NCBI GenBank assembly: GCA_963710885.1
Contig: CAVQCF010000039.1
Location: forward strand, 102,153 to 166,152
Source: an uncultured Acidobacteriaceae bacterium
GTDB taxonomy: Bacteria > Acidobacteriota > Terriglobia > Terriglobales > Acidobacteriaceae
DNA length: 64,000 nt
Direction: 5' to 3'
Every line of letters begins with the position of its first letter. Position 1 is the stretch's first letter. A program made the position numbers and the translations under genes. Shown piece after piece: positions 37,049 through 45,477 of the stretch. The notes beneath the pieces are model-generated. The model ran no database searches. It had not been told where the DNA came from and saw nothing but the letters and a program-made list of their open reading frames with translations.

Positions 37049-39565
37049 TCACCTAGAGTGCGCCAACGTGAACTTGCCTCGCAGTTGGATGTTGTCGGAG
37101 GAGCCCCCGACGAGAATTGTGAAATCTCCCGGCTCCGCGCTCCAATCCTTTTTTGTGACGTCATAAAAGGAAAATGCCCTGCGATCAAGCGTCAGAGTGA
37201 CGCGCCTGGTCTCACCCGGCTTGAGATCTACCTTGGTAAATCCCTTTAATTCTTTGGCGGGCCGGGGAACGCTCGCATGAGAATCGCCCACGTACAACTC
37301 CGCGACTTCCGCCGCCTCGCGATGCCCCGTGTTCATCACGTCGAAAGAAACGGAGACAGGCTCATTCAAGTTTCCGGACTGTGGCGTCACCGATAACTTG
37401 CGGTAAGCGAACATCGAGTAGGAAAGACCGAAACCGAAGGCAAACAGCGGCTTCGTGCCGGAGCGCTCATAGCCGCGATATCCCACGAACACGCCTTCCG
37501 AGTAACTCACCCGGTTGCTGCCCTTTTCGGGGTAGTAGCTGTGAAAGGTAGGATTATCTTCCCAGCGGCGCTCAAACGATGCCGGCAACTTGCCCGACGG
37601 ACTGGTATCGCCAAAAAGAATTTGTGCCAGCGCAGTGCCGCCCTCCTGTCCCGGATACCACGCGTGCAGAATCGCCGGAACGTTATCAATCCAGTGAGTC
37701 ATATCCACGTTGCCACCGGCCGTTACTATCACGATCACGTTCTTGTTGACCGCACTGATTTGCCGGATGAGTTCGTCCTGTCCGCCGGGAAGTTGGAACG
37801 GCCGATCGAAGCCTTCACCCTCAGTCTTGGGATCGAAACCCGCGCAAATGATCACCGCGTCGGCCTTCGCGGCCAAAGGTTTGGTGTCGCGGCCGACGTA
37901 GGCCTCGGCCCGAGTCACGCCGAAACCAACGATCGCAGTGCTCACCGAGTCGAAGTATTCGAGGCGGATTTTATACGCCTGTCCAGCCTCCAGATGACGA
38001 GTAGCGATGTCGAGCGTCTGGGAATGAGGCAGCCAGTCATCGATTGCAATGTCGTCTCCGACATACAGTCGAACTCCGTCATCGGCGGAGGTGTAGAACT
38101 TATAATCCCCGGTTTCCTTGGGAACAAAATACCCGGTCCAGCGAATCGCGAAGTGGTCCACTGGTTCGCCCGGAGCAAAACTGCCTTCTCCCCAGTCGAA
38201 GTGCACGTGCTTGTCGGTCCGCACCAGCGCGGGTGTCCCTTTCAGCTCTTCATTGCTGAAGTATTCGCCTTTGAGGCCGGCCTCACCATGCGGCGCTGTA
38301 ATGAACTCTGAGTTTTCAAAAACTTCATCGAGCGGAGGAACATCGACCGCGTACAACACTTTGGCCTTCGTCCCCAAGCGATTGCTGATGCCTTCCAGAT
38401 AACTCAGGCTGTTGAATGGCTTGGTCTCTGCGCTGCCACCTCCGCTGATCACGGCGGGATAAGCATCTGGGCCAATAACGGCAATGGTCTTCACTTTGTT
38501 CTCATCGAGCGGAAGCAGATTGCCTGAATTCTTCAGCAGAACGATGCTGCCCCGGGCGACATCGAGGGCGGCCTGGCGCCCTTCCTGACTGTAGGTAGGG
38601 ATACCGATATCGGTCTGCGGTTGGTCGAAGAACCCGAACTCGATCGCCGTGCGCAGGATTCTTCGGACCTTGTCGTCGATGGTCGCCACCGCGATCTTGC
38701 CGTCTTTGAGCGCGGGCAGTAACGCATCTCGATTCATGAACGTTGGAGAAGGCATTTCAAGATCGAGCCCACCGTTGGCAGCCGCCACACCGTCGTGCGT
38801 GGCTCCCCAGTCCGACACATCGATCCCTTCGAATCCCCACTCCTTCTTGAGGATGTCGTTGTTCAAACGATTGTTCTGGGTCATGTAGGAGCCGTTCACC
38901 AGGTTGTAGGCGTCCATGACCGCGCCAACGTGTCCCTCCTTCACAGAGGCTTCGAAGGCAGGCAAGTAGATTTCGCGCAGTGTTCTTTCGTCGATGTCGG
39001 AATTGAGAGTCATGCGTGCGAATTCCGAATTATTCCCGGCAAAGTGCTTGGCTGTCGCGATCACACGTTGTGACTGCATACCTTGGATCACGGCGACCGC
39101 CATTCTTGAGGCAAGAAATGGATCCTCCCCGAAGTACTCGAAGTTGCGGCCGTTCATCGGCGCGCGGTAGATGTTCATGCCGGGGCCGAGAATGAAGTGC
39201 ACTCCGCGCGCGCGCGCATCCTGGCCCATGGCGACGCCGAAACGCTTGGCCAGATCAACATCCCAGGATGCAGCGATGGCGATGCCCGCCGGGTACGCAT
39301 TCGCTAACCCGTAGTCGTGAACGCCCATGGGGCCATCAGACATTTTCAAGGAAGGAATGCCGAGGCGAGGAATCGGATGCGTAAAGAAATCGTTGATGCC
39401 GCCGATCATCTCGACCTTTTCATCGAGCGTCATCTGACTGAGAAGTGTATCGACATGTTGCTCAACCTCTGCTTTCGACGGCGCCGATTGAGTCAGACCA
39501 AACGGCGCAAACAACAGGATGATTGCCACTGCAAAGATTCGTGCCCGTAAGATCGCTCGCTTCAT
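37049..39565 (-). CDS. Glycoside hydrolase family 3 beta-glucosidase-like enzyme with inserted PA14 domain
   Basis: The track ORF runs to 39616. I prefer the ATG at 39565 (MKRAILRARIFAVAIILLFAP..., signal peptide, GAGAGGA upstream). GH3 motifs are KHFAGNN and GFEGIDVSDWGA (the SDW nucleophile motif). The PA14 insert reads GLKGEYFSNEELKGTPAL...FAIRWTGYFVPKETGDYKFYTSADDGVRLYV. Confidence 0.9.
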   Translation of the reverse strand: MKRAILRARIFAVAIILLFAPFGLTQSAPSKAEVEQHVDTLLSQMTLDEKVEMIGGINDFFTHPIPRLGIPSLKMSDGPMGVHDYGLANAYPAGIAIAASWDVDLAKRFGVAMGQDARARGVHFILGPGMNIYRAPMNGRNFEYFGEDPFLASRMAVAVIQGMQSQRVIATAKHFAGNNSEFARMTLNSDIDERTLREIYLPAFEASVKEGHVGAVMDAYNLVNGSYMTQNNRLNNDILKKEWGFEGIDVSDWGATHDGVAAANGGLDLEMPSPTFMNRDALLPALKDGKIAVATIDDKVRRILRTAIEFGFFDQPQTDIGIPTYSQEGRQAALDVARGSIVLLKNSGNLLPLDENKVKTIAVIGPDAYPAVISGGGSAETKPFNSLSYLEGISNRLGTKAKVLYAVDVPPLDEVFENSEFITAPHGEAGLKGEYFSNEELKGTPALVRTDKHVHFDWGEGSFAPGEPVDHFAIRWTGYFVPKETGDYKFYTSADDGVRLYVGDDIAIDDWLPHSQTLDIATRHLEAGQAYKIRLEYFDSVSTAIVGFGVTRAEAYVGRDTKPLAAKADAVIICAGFDPKTEGEGFDRPFQLPGGQDELIRQISAVNKNVIVIVTAGGNVDMTHWIDNVPAILHAWYPGQEGGTALAQILFGDTSPSGKLPASFERRWEDNPTFHSYYPEKGSNRVSYSEGVFVGYRGYERSGTKPLFAFGFGLSYSMFAYRKLSVTPQSGNLNEPVSVSFDVMNTGHREAAEVAELYVGDSHASVPRPAKELKGFTKVDLKPGETRRVTLTLDRRAFSFYDVTKKDWSAEPGDFTILVGGSSDNIQLRGKFTLAHSR

Positions 39566-39665
39566 TCCCGTGTCCTCTCGATTTTCGAATCCAGCATAAC
39601 TCAACTCATCCATCACGCTTTTTTCGTTTGACTATCGCGCGGGTCAACTCCACACTAACGCTCTT

Positions 39666-41792
39666 ATGTCTTCTCGTCGGAGCTTTATCACCGGTTCCGC
39701 CGGCGCCATCGCCGGAGCGCTCGCCGCGTCCAAGGCACAGGCGAGCGAAACACGCGCTCAGCCTTGCATTTCGGAAGTAGCCAGCCTTTGCGGGGACTGG
39801 TTTTTCCGCACGGATCCCGACGATCGCGGCGTGAAGAACAACTGGCAGAGTGGGAGCGCCTCCGGTGAAGGCTGGCGAACGGTCACCGTCCCTCATACCT
39901 GGCAAATAGAAACCCCGCTCACCGCTTATCGCGGCGTCGCGTGGTATTGGCGGACTTTCGATCCGCCGCGAATGACTGCGGTTAACGGTGGGCAGGAGCG
40001 CACCGTGCGGGTGGAGTTCGAGGCGGTCTTCCACACCGCTACCGTCTGGGTCAACGGCAAACTTGCTGGGGAACACGCGCGCAAAGGCTACACCGCCTTC
40101 ACGCTCGATCTCACGAATCTTTTACATTGGGGCCAGGGCAATACCATTGCCGTCCGCGTGGACAATGCCTTCAACCAGCATATGGTGCCCCGCGGCCAGT
40201 CAAGCGACTGGGCGAATGATGGAGGCATTTACCGGCCAGCGCAGCTTCTCATCACTCCAAAGACATTTGTGGAGCGCGTGGATGTCGAGGCGGTGCCGGA
40301 TCTGTCCAGCGGGCAAGGGAAACTAACGATCAGCGCGCACCTCCGAAACACCGATGGGAAAGCCTGGAGTGGCAAGGCTTCTTTCGTTGTCATGAAAGAC
40401 GGAGACGGGAAATCTCAGCCCGTCCTGACGGGCTCGGCGAATAAAGCTCTTTCGGTCAAGCCGGGCGCGGTTGAAACCGTCACGCTGCGGGCGACACTGC
40501 CTCAGGCCAAACTATGGCACTTTGATCATCCCCATCTCTATCGCCTGGAGTTTTCCATCGCTGACGAACACCACGAACACACTTTCACAACGATCTTCGG
40601 CGTACGCAAGCTTGAGATTCGAGACGGTGCGTTCTTCCTCAACGGCGAACCTGTGCGACTGATGGGCGTGGAACGTATGGCCGGGAGCAATCCGCAGTTC
40701 GGCATGGCTGAGCCGACGGAGTGGATTACTCACGACCATGCAGACTTGAAACATTTGAACTGTGTCTTCACTCGCGTCCATTGGCCCCAGGACAAGCGAG
40801 TTTTGGAGTACTGCGACCGCCACGGCATTCTTATGCAACCCGAGGTTCCAGCCTGGGGTCCGGACACCTTCGCGGGCATGACCGGCGAGCCCGCCGCGGA
40901 CATCATGCAAAATGCACTCGAGCAATTGCGCGAGATGATTGCTCGGGACTTCAATCATCCATCGGTTGTGGTGTGGGGATTATGCAATGAGATTGGAGGA
41001 CAGAATCCGCCCGCGTACAAGTTTGCCCAGCGCTTGCTGGAGGAGGCCAAGCGGCTGGACCCGAGCCGTCTCTACTCTTACGCTTCGAACTCGCTAGACA
41101 ACACGCCGCAGCACGACGCTGCTGGACCGATGGATTTTATCGAGGCTAACGAATACTTCGGGACATGGGCCCCGGGAACGGCAGGGGATGCGGCGCGTTA
41201 TCTCGACGAGATTCACGCGGCGTTTCCCGGCAAAGCCGTGGTGATTTCCGAATACGGATATTGCGCCTGCACGCCCGACCGGCCGGAAGGCGATGAGCAG
41301 AGAATCGAGATCCTGCGCTCACACGATGCGGTGTTTCGTTCGAAAGACTTTGTCGCCGGAGCGATTTTCTTCTGCTACAACGACTACCGCACGCATATGG
41401 GAGATCGCGGAGTGGGTGTGTTGCAGCAGCGCGTGCATGGCGTGGTTGATGTATACGGCGCGCACAAGGCGTCGTATGAAGTTCTCAGAAGCGAGTCCAG
41501 TCCGATTGCATCGCTCACGGTTGAACGCGACGGGAACAGATTTCACATTCTGATCAGAACTCGCGGCGATCTTCCGATGTACACACTCCGCGGGTACAAG
41601 CTTCGAGGGTTGTTCTTCGGCCCGGGCAACATTCCGGTTGAGCGACAGGAAGTGGAAATACCAGACGCCGCGGCTGGCAGCGAGACGAAGTTGGAACTGG
41701 CGTTCAGCCAGTCGGAATCGCCAATGCATTTGCAGTTCGACGTCGCGCGTCCCACCGGCTTCTCGGCGTATCTTTTAGATTGGAAACCCTAG
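39666..41792 (+). CDS. Glycoside hydrolase family 2 enzyme (beta-galactosidase / beta-glucuronidase / beta-mannosidase type), TAT-exported
   Basis: 708 aa. Twin-arginine signal MSSRRSFITGSAGAIAGALAASKAQA. Sugar-binding N-domain (VPHTWQ...YRGVAWYWRTF). Candidate acid/base in VVWGLCNEIGG and nucleophile in VVISEYGY. Confidence 0.8.
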   Translation: MSSRRSFITGSAGAIAGALAASKAQASETRAQPCISEVASLCGDWFFRTDPDDRGVKNNWQSGSASGEGWRTVTVPHTWQIETPLTAYRGVAWYWRTFDPPRMTAVNGGQERTVRVEFEAVFHTATVWVNGKLAGEHARKGYTAFTLDLTNLLHWGQGNTIAVRVDNAFNQHMVPRGQSSDWANDGGIYRPAQLLITPKTFVERVDVEAVPDLSSGQGKLTISAHLRNTDGKAWSGKASFVVMKDGDGKSQPVLTGSANKALSVKPGAVETVTLRATLPQAKLWHFDHPHLYRLEFSIADEHHEHTFTTIFGVRKLEIRDGAFFLNGEPVRLMGVERMAGSNPQFGMAEPTEWITHDHADLKHLNCVFTRVHWPQDKRVLEYCDRHGILMQPEVPAWGPDTFAGMTGEPAADIMQNALEQLREMIARDFNHPSVVVWGLCNEIGGQNPPAYKFAQRLLEEAKRLDPSRLYSYASNSLDNTPQHDAAGPMDFIEANEYFGTWAPGTAGDAARYLDEIHAAFPGKAVVISEYGYCACTPDRPEGDEQRIEILRSHDAVFRSKDFVAGAIFFCYNDYRTHMGDRGVGVLQQRVHGVVDVYGAHKASYEVLRSESSPIASLTVERDGNRFHILIRTRGDLPMYTLRGYKLRGLFFGPGNIPVERQEVEIPDAAAGSETKLELAFSQSESPMHLQFDVARPTGFSAYLLDWKP

Positions 41793-41867
41793 GTGGACTG
41801 GAAGCCCTAGCCAGCCGATCCGCCAGCGAAAAAATAATCCAGCAGGTCGCAAGCATTTGAATCGTCG

Positions 41868-42731
41868 TCAGACCTGCAGATTGCGAAGGTAGGGCACGCT
41901 GGCTTTCATCATTTCCAAGTCCATTTCGACGAAGTAATTCTTGATGCCGCCGGTTTTGGCGGCGGTAAAGATCTTCTTCCAATCCAGTGAGCCCTGCCCC
42001 ACCGGCACTATTTTCTTGGTCGCCGCCGACCAGCCCTGCACGTGCATGGAAATGAAGCGGCCAGGATACTTCGTGAAATATTCGGCGGCATCGTACCCGC
42101 TACTGATGGTAGAAACCTGGAACTGGAACTTCACCAGCTTGGGATCCAGCAGGCTGAACAGCACGTCATAGGTGCGCTTGCCGTCCACCGTCGAAAGCTC
42201 GAAGGTCTCGTTGTGAAGTCCCTGCTGAATGCCGGCCTTGGCGGCTTGTTCACCCATTTTGTTGTACTCGTCGGCGGCTCGCTTGACCTCATCCATCGTC
42301 GGGTTCTTGGGCCCGTCGAGGCTAGGCACCAGCATCTGGGTGAGGCCGACATCTTTGGCCCAGGCAATCGCTGCCGGCTGATCCTTCCTGAGTTCGTCGA
42401 TGCCGAAATGCGAACTGACGCAGCCGACGCCTGCGTCGCTGAGAATCTTGCGCAGTTCGGTTCCCTTATATTTGGCGAGGCCGGCGAAACCGTTGTCGGC
42501 GTAACCTACCGGGGAGCACAGTTCGATCATCTGAAAACCAGCGCCGGCCAGCACCTTGATGGTGCCGGGAAAGTCCTGCTCGATCATTTTTCTGACGGGC
42601 CAAGTCTGGCATCCAATGGGCAAGCCCAAGGGATTGGCGCGAAGATCCAGCACACCCCTGGAAAGAAGTCCGGCAGCGGTCGTGTAGGCTGCCGCAGTTT
42701 TCAGAAAGTCTCTTCTCGAAATCGGTGACAT
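41868..42731 (-). CDS. Sugar phosphate isomerase/epimerase-family (xylose-isomerase-like TIM barrel) protein, TAT-exported
   Basis: 287 aa. Twin-arginine signal MSPISRRDFLKTAAAYTTAAG. The remainder is typical AP_endonuc_2 / xylose-isomerase-like TIM-barrel sequence (GFQMIELCSP..., VSSHFG..., GLHNETFE..., ISMHVQGW...). Confidence 0.8.
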   Translation of the reverse strand: MSPISRRDFLKTAAAYTTAAGLLSRGVLDLRANPLGLPIGCQTWPVRKMIEQDFPGTIKVLAGAGFQMIELCSPVGYADNGFAGLAKYKGTELRKILSDAGVGCVSSHFGIDELRKDQPAAIAWAKDVGLTQMLVPSLDGPKNPTMDEVKRAADEYNKMGEQAAKAGIQQGLHNETFELSTVDGKRTYDVLFSLLDPKLVKFQFQVSTISSGYDAAEYFTKYPGRFISMHVQGWSAATKKIVPVGQGSLDWKKIFTAAKTGGIKNYFVEMDLEMMKASVPYLRNLQV

Positions 42732-42761
42732 TGACGCCTCCTCAGTGCAGCAGCGCGTTCG

Positions 42762-44318
42762 TTAGAGTTCCCATCCAGTGCGGCGTTCCGGCTTGACATA
42801 TTTCTGAGCGACAGCAGAGTTCACGCTCAGGGTGGAGCGATCCCAGGTAAGAGTCTGCCCCATGCAAGACGCGACGTTTCCGAGGAGCAGCGTCTCGGTG
42901 ACGAGGCCCTCGAATTCGAAGTTCCCGCCAGGCTTCGCCTTGCCGCCTTTGCAGGCGTCGAGCCATTCGCGCTCGTTACCGGGCGAGCGCGGCAGAGTCT
43001 TCGGCGGCTGTTTGTAACCGTCCATCTTGGTTTGGGGAATCAGCTTGGGATTGGCGCCATTGAAGCTACAAAGAATTTTCCCGCGGTCTCCAATAAACAA
43101 CAGCCCTTCATCTTCTTCGCCGTCTCCCTTGAGAGGACGGTTTTCTTCCAGTTCTTCCGGGCGCGTGGGCTTCAGGCCTCCGTCGTACCAGGCAAATTTA
43201 ACCGGCGGCATGTCGCCGCGAGCTGGGAAGTTATAGCGGACGATCGAGGCCAGCGGGTAAGTTTCGTCGTAGCGGTCGCTGGAACTGGATTCCACACTTA
43301 CGGGCGCTTCGAGTTTCAAGACACGAAAGATTGTGTCGAAGCTGTAGGAGCCCATATCGCCCAGCGCACCGCAACCGAAGTCGGTCCACCCACGCCACAC
43401 AAACGGCAGATACGCGTGGTTGAAAGGGCGCTCCGGCGCAGGGCCGAGCCAGAGGTTCCAATCCAAACCCTCGGGCACAGGCTCGGGTTCCTTGGGGCGT
43501 TCGATTCCTTGCGGCCAGAACGGGCGGCTCGACCAATTCTGAACTTGACGAACGGGTCCGATGGCGCCGCTCCAAATCCATTCACAGAGCAACCGAGTAG
43601 CTTCCGATGCCTGGTTGGCTACTGCGATTTGAGTAGCGACGCCGGTTTCCTTGGCGATCTCGGCGATGCGGCGCGCTTCATAGATGGTATGCGTCAGAGG
43701 CTTCTGGCAGAAGACATGCTTGCCTTTCCTCATCGCCGCCGCGGAGACAGACGCGTGCAGGTTGTCGGTTGTACAGACAACGACGGCGTCGAGATCTTTC
43801 TGCTTCTCCAGCAACTCGCGGAAGTCAGTGTAGGTTGCACAGCCTGAATACTGGCCGGAGCGCTGCTGCGTACCGTAATAGCCCTCCACAATTTTCTGGC
43901 ATGGTTCGCGGCCGGCGACGCCGCCCGTCACCGCGAGCGAATGGGACAACCGAATCGGCTGATCGGGGCTGAGCCAATCCCAACCGCTGCTGACGCCGAG
44001 CAGTTTCTGGACAGAATTGCAGAACTCGTGCGTACTCCATTGCGGATAATCCGACCCTGACTTATTGCAGTCGCAGACGGCGACGCCCTGCACGTCGGGC
44101 TCCCGCAAGAAATGCAGCATCACTCGCAAGCCCTGGGCGCCGACGCCGATGAACGCGATATTGACTTTGTCGCTAGGCGGCACATAACCCACGCCGCCTA
44201 ACACTCTGCGCGGAACAATCGAAAAACCAATCGCCGCTGCGGCGGTTCGGCCTAAGAACGTACGCCGCGAAACTGAACCTGTACCACTGCTGCGCGACCG
44301 ACCTTGATTCTTCACCAT
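42762..44318 (-). CDS. Gfo/Idh/MocA-family NAD(P)-dependent oxidoreductase, TAT-exported
   Basis: The track ORF runs to 44345. I prefer the ATG at 44318 (MVKNQGRS...), which is preceded by GGAGGA. Twin-arginine signal SVSRRTFLGRTAAAAIGF. Rossmann motif VNIAFIGVGAQG. 518 aa. Confidence 0.85.
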   Translation of the reverse strand: MVKNQGRSRSSGTGSVSRRTFLGRTAAAAIGFSIVPRRVLGGVGYVPPSDKVNIAFIGVGAQGLRVMLHFLREPDVQGVAVCDCNKSGSDYPQWSTHEFCNSVQKLLGVSSGWDWLSPDQPIRLSHSLAVTGGVAGREPCQKIVEGYYGTQQRSGQYSGCATYTDFRELLEKQKDLDAVVVCTTDNLHASVSAAAMRKGKHVFCQKPLTHTIYEARRIAEIAKETGVATQIAVANQASEATRLLCEWIWSGAIGPVRQVQNWSSRPFWPQGIERPKEPEPVPEGLDWNLWLGPAPERPFNHAYLPFVWRGWTDFGCGALGDMGSYSFDTIFRVLKLEAPVSVESSSSDRYDETYPLASIVRYNFPARGDMPPVKFAWYDGGLKPTRPEELEENRPLKGDGEEDEGLLFIGDRGKILCSFNGANPKLIPQTKMDGYKQPPKTLPRSPGNEREWLDACKGGKAKPGGNFEFEGLVTETLLLGNVASCMGQTLTWDRSTLSVNSAVAQKYVKPERRTGWEL

Positions 44319-44618
44319 TTCCTCCGTTGACCGCACCGCACACATACCAAGTGCCTCTCGGCGCTGTTCCTCTTGAAGTAACTTTACAGAGCCGACGCTT
44401 CAACCCGGATACTGTAAACGAATCCCAGGCCAGCGGGTGTGAAAGTTGCTCCCCAACGTCGACGCCTCGACTGTCTCCGACAGCTGCGAGGGTTGAGCGT
44501 ACAGTTCATTCGCGTGGTGAAGGCCTGGGCCGGCAGCGGAAATTCCGTCTAAGTCATTGATGAATAACTCAATCAGCGGAATCGATCCGCAAATGCTTTT
44601 GTGTGGGAATTGTGGAAT

Positions 44619-44678
44619 CCCGCGTGCACACCTTGTGGCACGCGAGGGCCGAAGGACAAGGCAAGCCCTTCGGCTCCC
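44619..44678 (+). promoter_or_regulatory. Two adjacent stem-loops in the 5' leader of the 44708 gene (function unknown)
   Basis: Hairpin 1: CGCGTGC (44621..44627) / GCACGCG (44638..44644), 10-nt loop. Hairpin 2: GGCCGAAGG (44647..44655) / CCTTCGGC(T)C (44667..44676), 11-nt loop. No U-tract follows. They lie 30-90 nt upstream of the SD GAGGAG. Confidence 0.3.
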
Positions 44679-44707
44679 GGACTTCTAGAATTTGAGGAGA
44701 GTAATCC

Positions 44708-45082
44708 ATGAAAAAGTTTACAGGCCTTATGCTGACGCTTGTCACATTTTCGTTGATGGCGACGATGGCTGCGTTTGCACGAGACAAGAATCATCACAGT
44801 GTTGAAATTCCGGAAACCTTGCAGGTGGGAACCGCTCAGCTGGCGCCCGGAGAATACACAATGGAATGGACGGAAAGCGGAGCCACGGCGGAAGTCACCT
44901 TCGTTCAGCACGGAAAGAGCGTCGTGCAGGCACCGGCGAAGATCGTCACGCTGGATCGTCCGGCCTCATCTGATTCGCTGACCACCAAGACACAGACGAA
45001 CAATTCAATGGCACTCGAAGAGGTTCAGTTCGGGGGACATAAGGAAGCCTTCTCGTTCAGCGACACCCCATCTGGAGAGTAA
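44708..45082 (+). CDS. Small secreted protein of unknown function
   Basis: 124 aa. Strong SD (GAGGAGAG) and signal peptide MKKFTGLMLTLVTFSLMATMAAFA. Followed by a clean terminator. I recognise no family. Confidence 0.6.
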   Translation: MKKFTGLMLTLVTFSLMATMAAFARDKNHHSVEIPETLQVGTAQLAPGEYTMEWTESGATAEVTFVQHGKSVVQAPAKIVTLDRPASSDSLTTKTQTNNSMALEEVQFGGHKEAFSFSDTPSGE

Positions 45083-45095
45083 GAACTGTTGATTC

Positions 45096-45128
45096 GAGAG
45101 CGGGCAGGTGCCCGCTCTCAACTTTTTT
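45096..45128 (+). terminator. Rho-independent terminator
   Basis: Perfect 10-bp stem GAGAGCGGGC (45096..45105) / GCCCGCTCTC (45110..45119) with loop AGGT, followed by AACTTTTTTGT. Confidence 0.8.
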
Positions 45129-45189
45129 GTCTCTGTCCCTCACGTTGGACTTCCCATCCAAGCTGGCCTTCCCTTCCTTCTCCTGATTC

Positions 45190-45218
45190 CGAATCGCAAT
45201 GGCACATTTTCGAATCGC
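45190..45218. promoter_or_regulatory. Direct repeat CGAATCGC x2 (21-nt period) upstream of the RND operon; candidate operator
   Basis: TTCCGAATCGCAATGG (45190..45197 core) and TTTCGAATCGCGGTAT (45211..45218 core), read directly. About 260 nt upstream of the pump ATG. Confidence 0.2.
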
Positions 45219-45477
45219 GGTATCCAGTCGGAGCATCGCTGGCGTACATCCACGTCGGGGTGCTGTCGATGGCCCGACGCGTTCTACACCGTTAACCTTC
45301 TAACCCTTTACCTTCAAGCCGCTAACCCCTTGCGCTTCTTTAGCGTAAAGCTCGGCACGCCGTCCAGCGATTGGTATGGAGCGTGCACTTACCGACTACA
45401 AGTGGGGATTTCGCTCTCACCGATTCATAAGAACAACAGTGCGGGACGGCTTCTGACGAGTCTCGCGTGAGGCAGAT

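Noticed and set aside
39566-39616. Upstream Met codons extending the GH3 ORF (and similarly 44319..44345 for the oxidoreductase and 5088..5108 for ADOP paralog 5)
   Set aside because: The downstream ATGs are preceded by strong SD sequences and begin directly with the signal peptide or conserved N-terminal motif. The extensions add non-conserved residues or create gene overlaps.
44636-44650. TGGCACGCGAGGGCC, a perfect -24 half-site for sigma-54
   Set aside because: There is no GC/TTGC element at the required spacing. The bases form the 3' arm of hairpin 1 instead.
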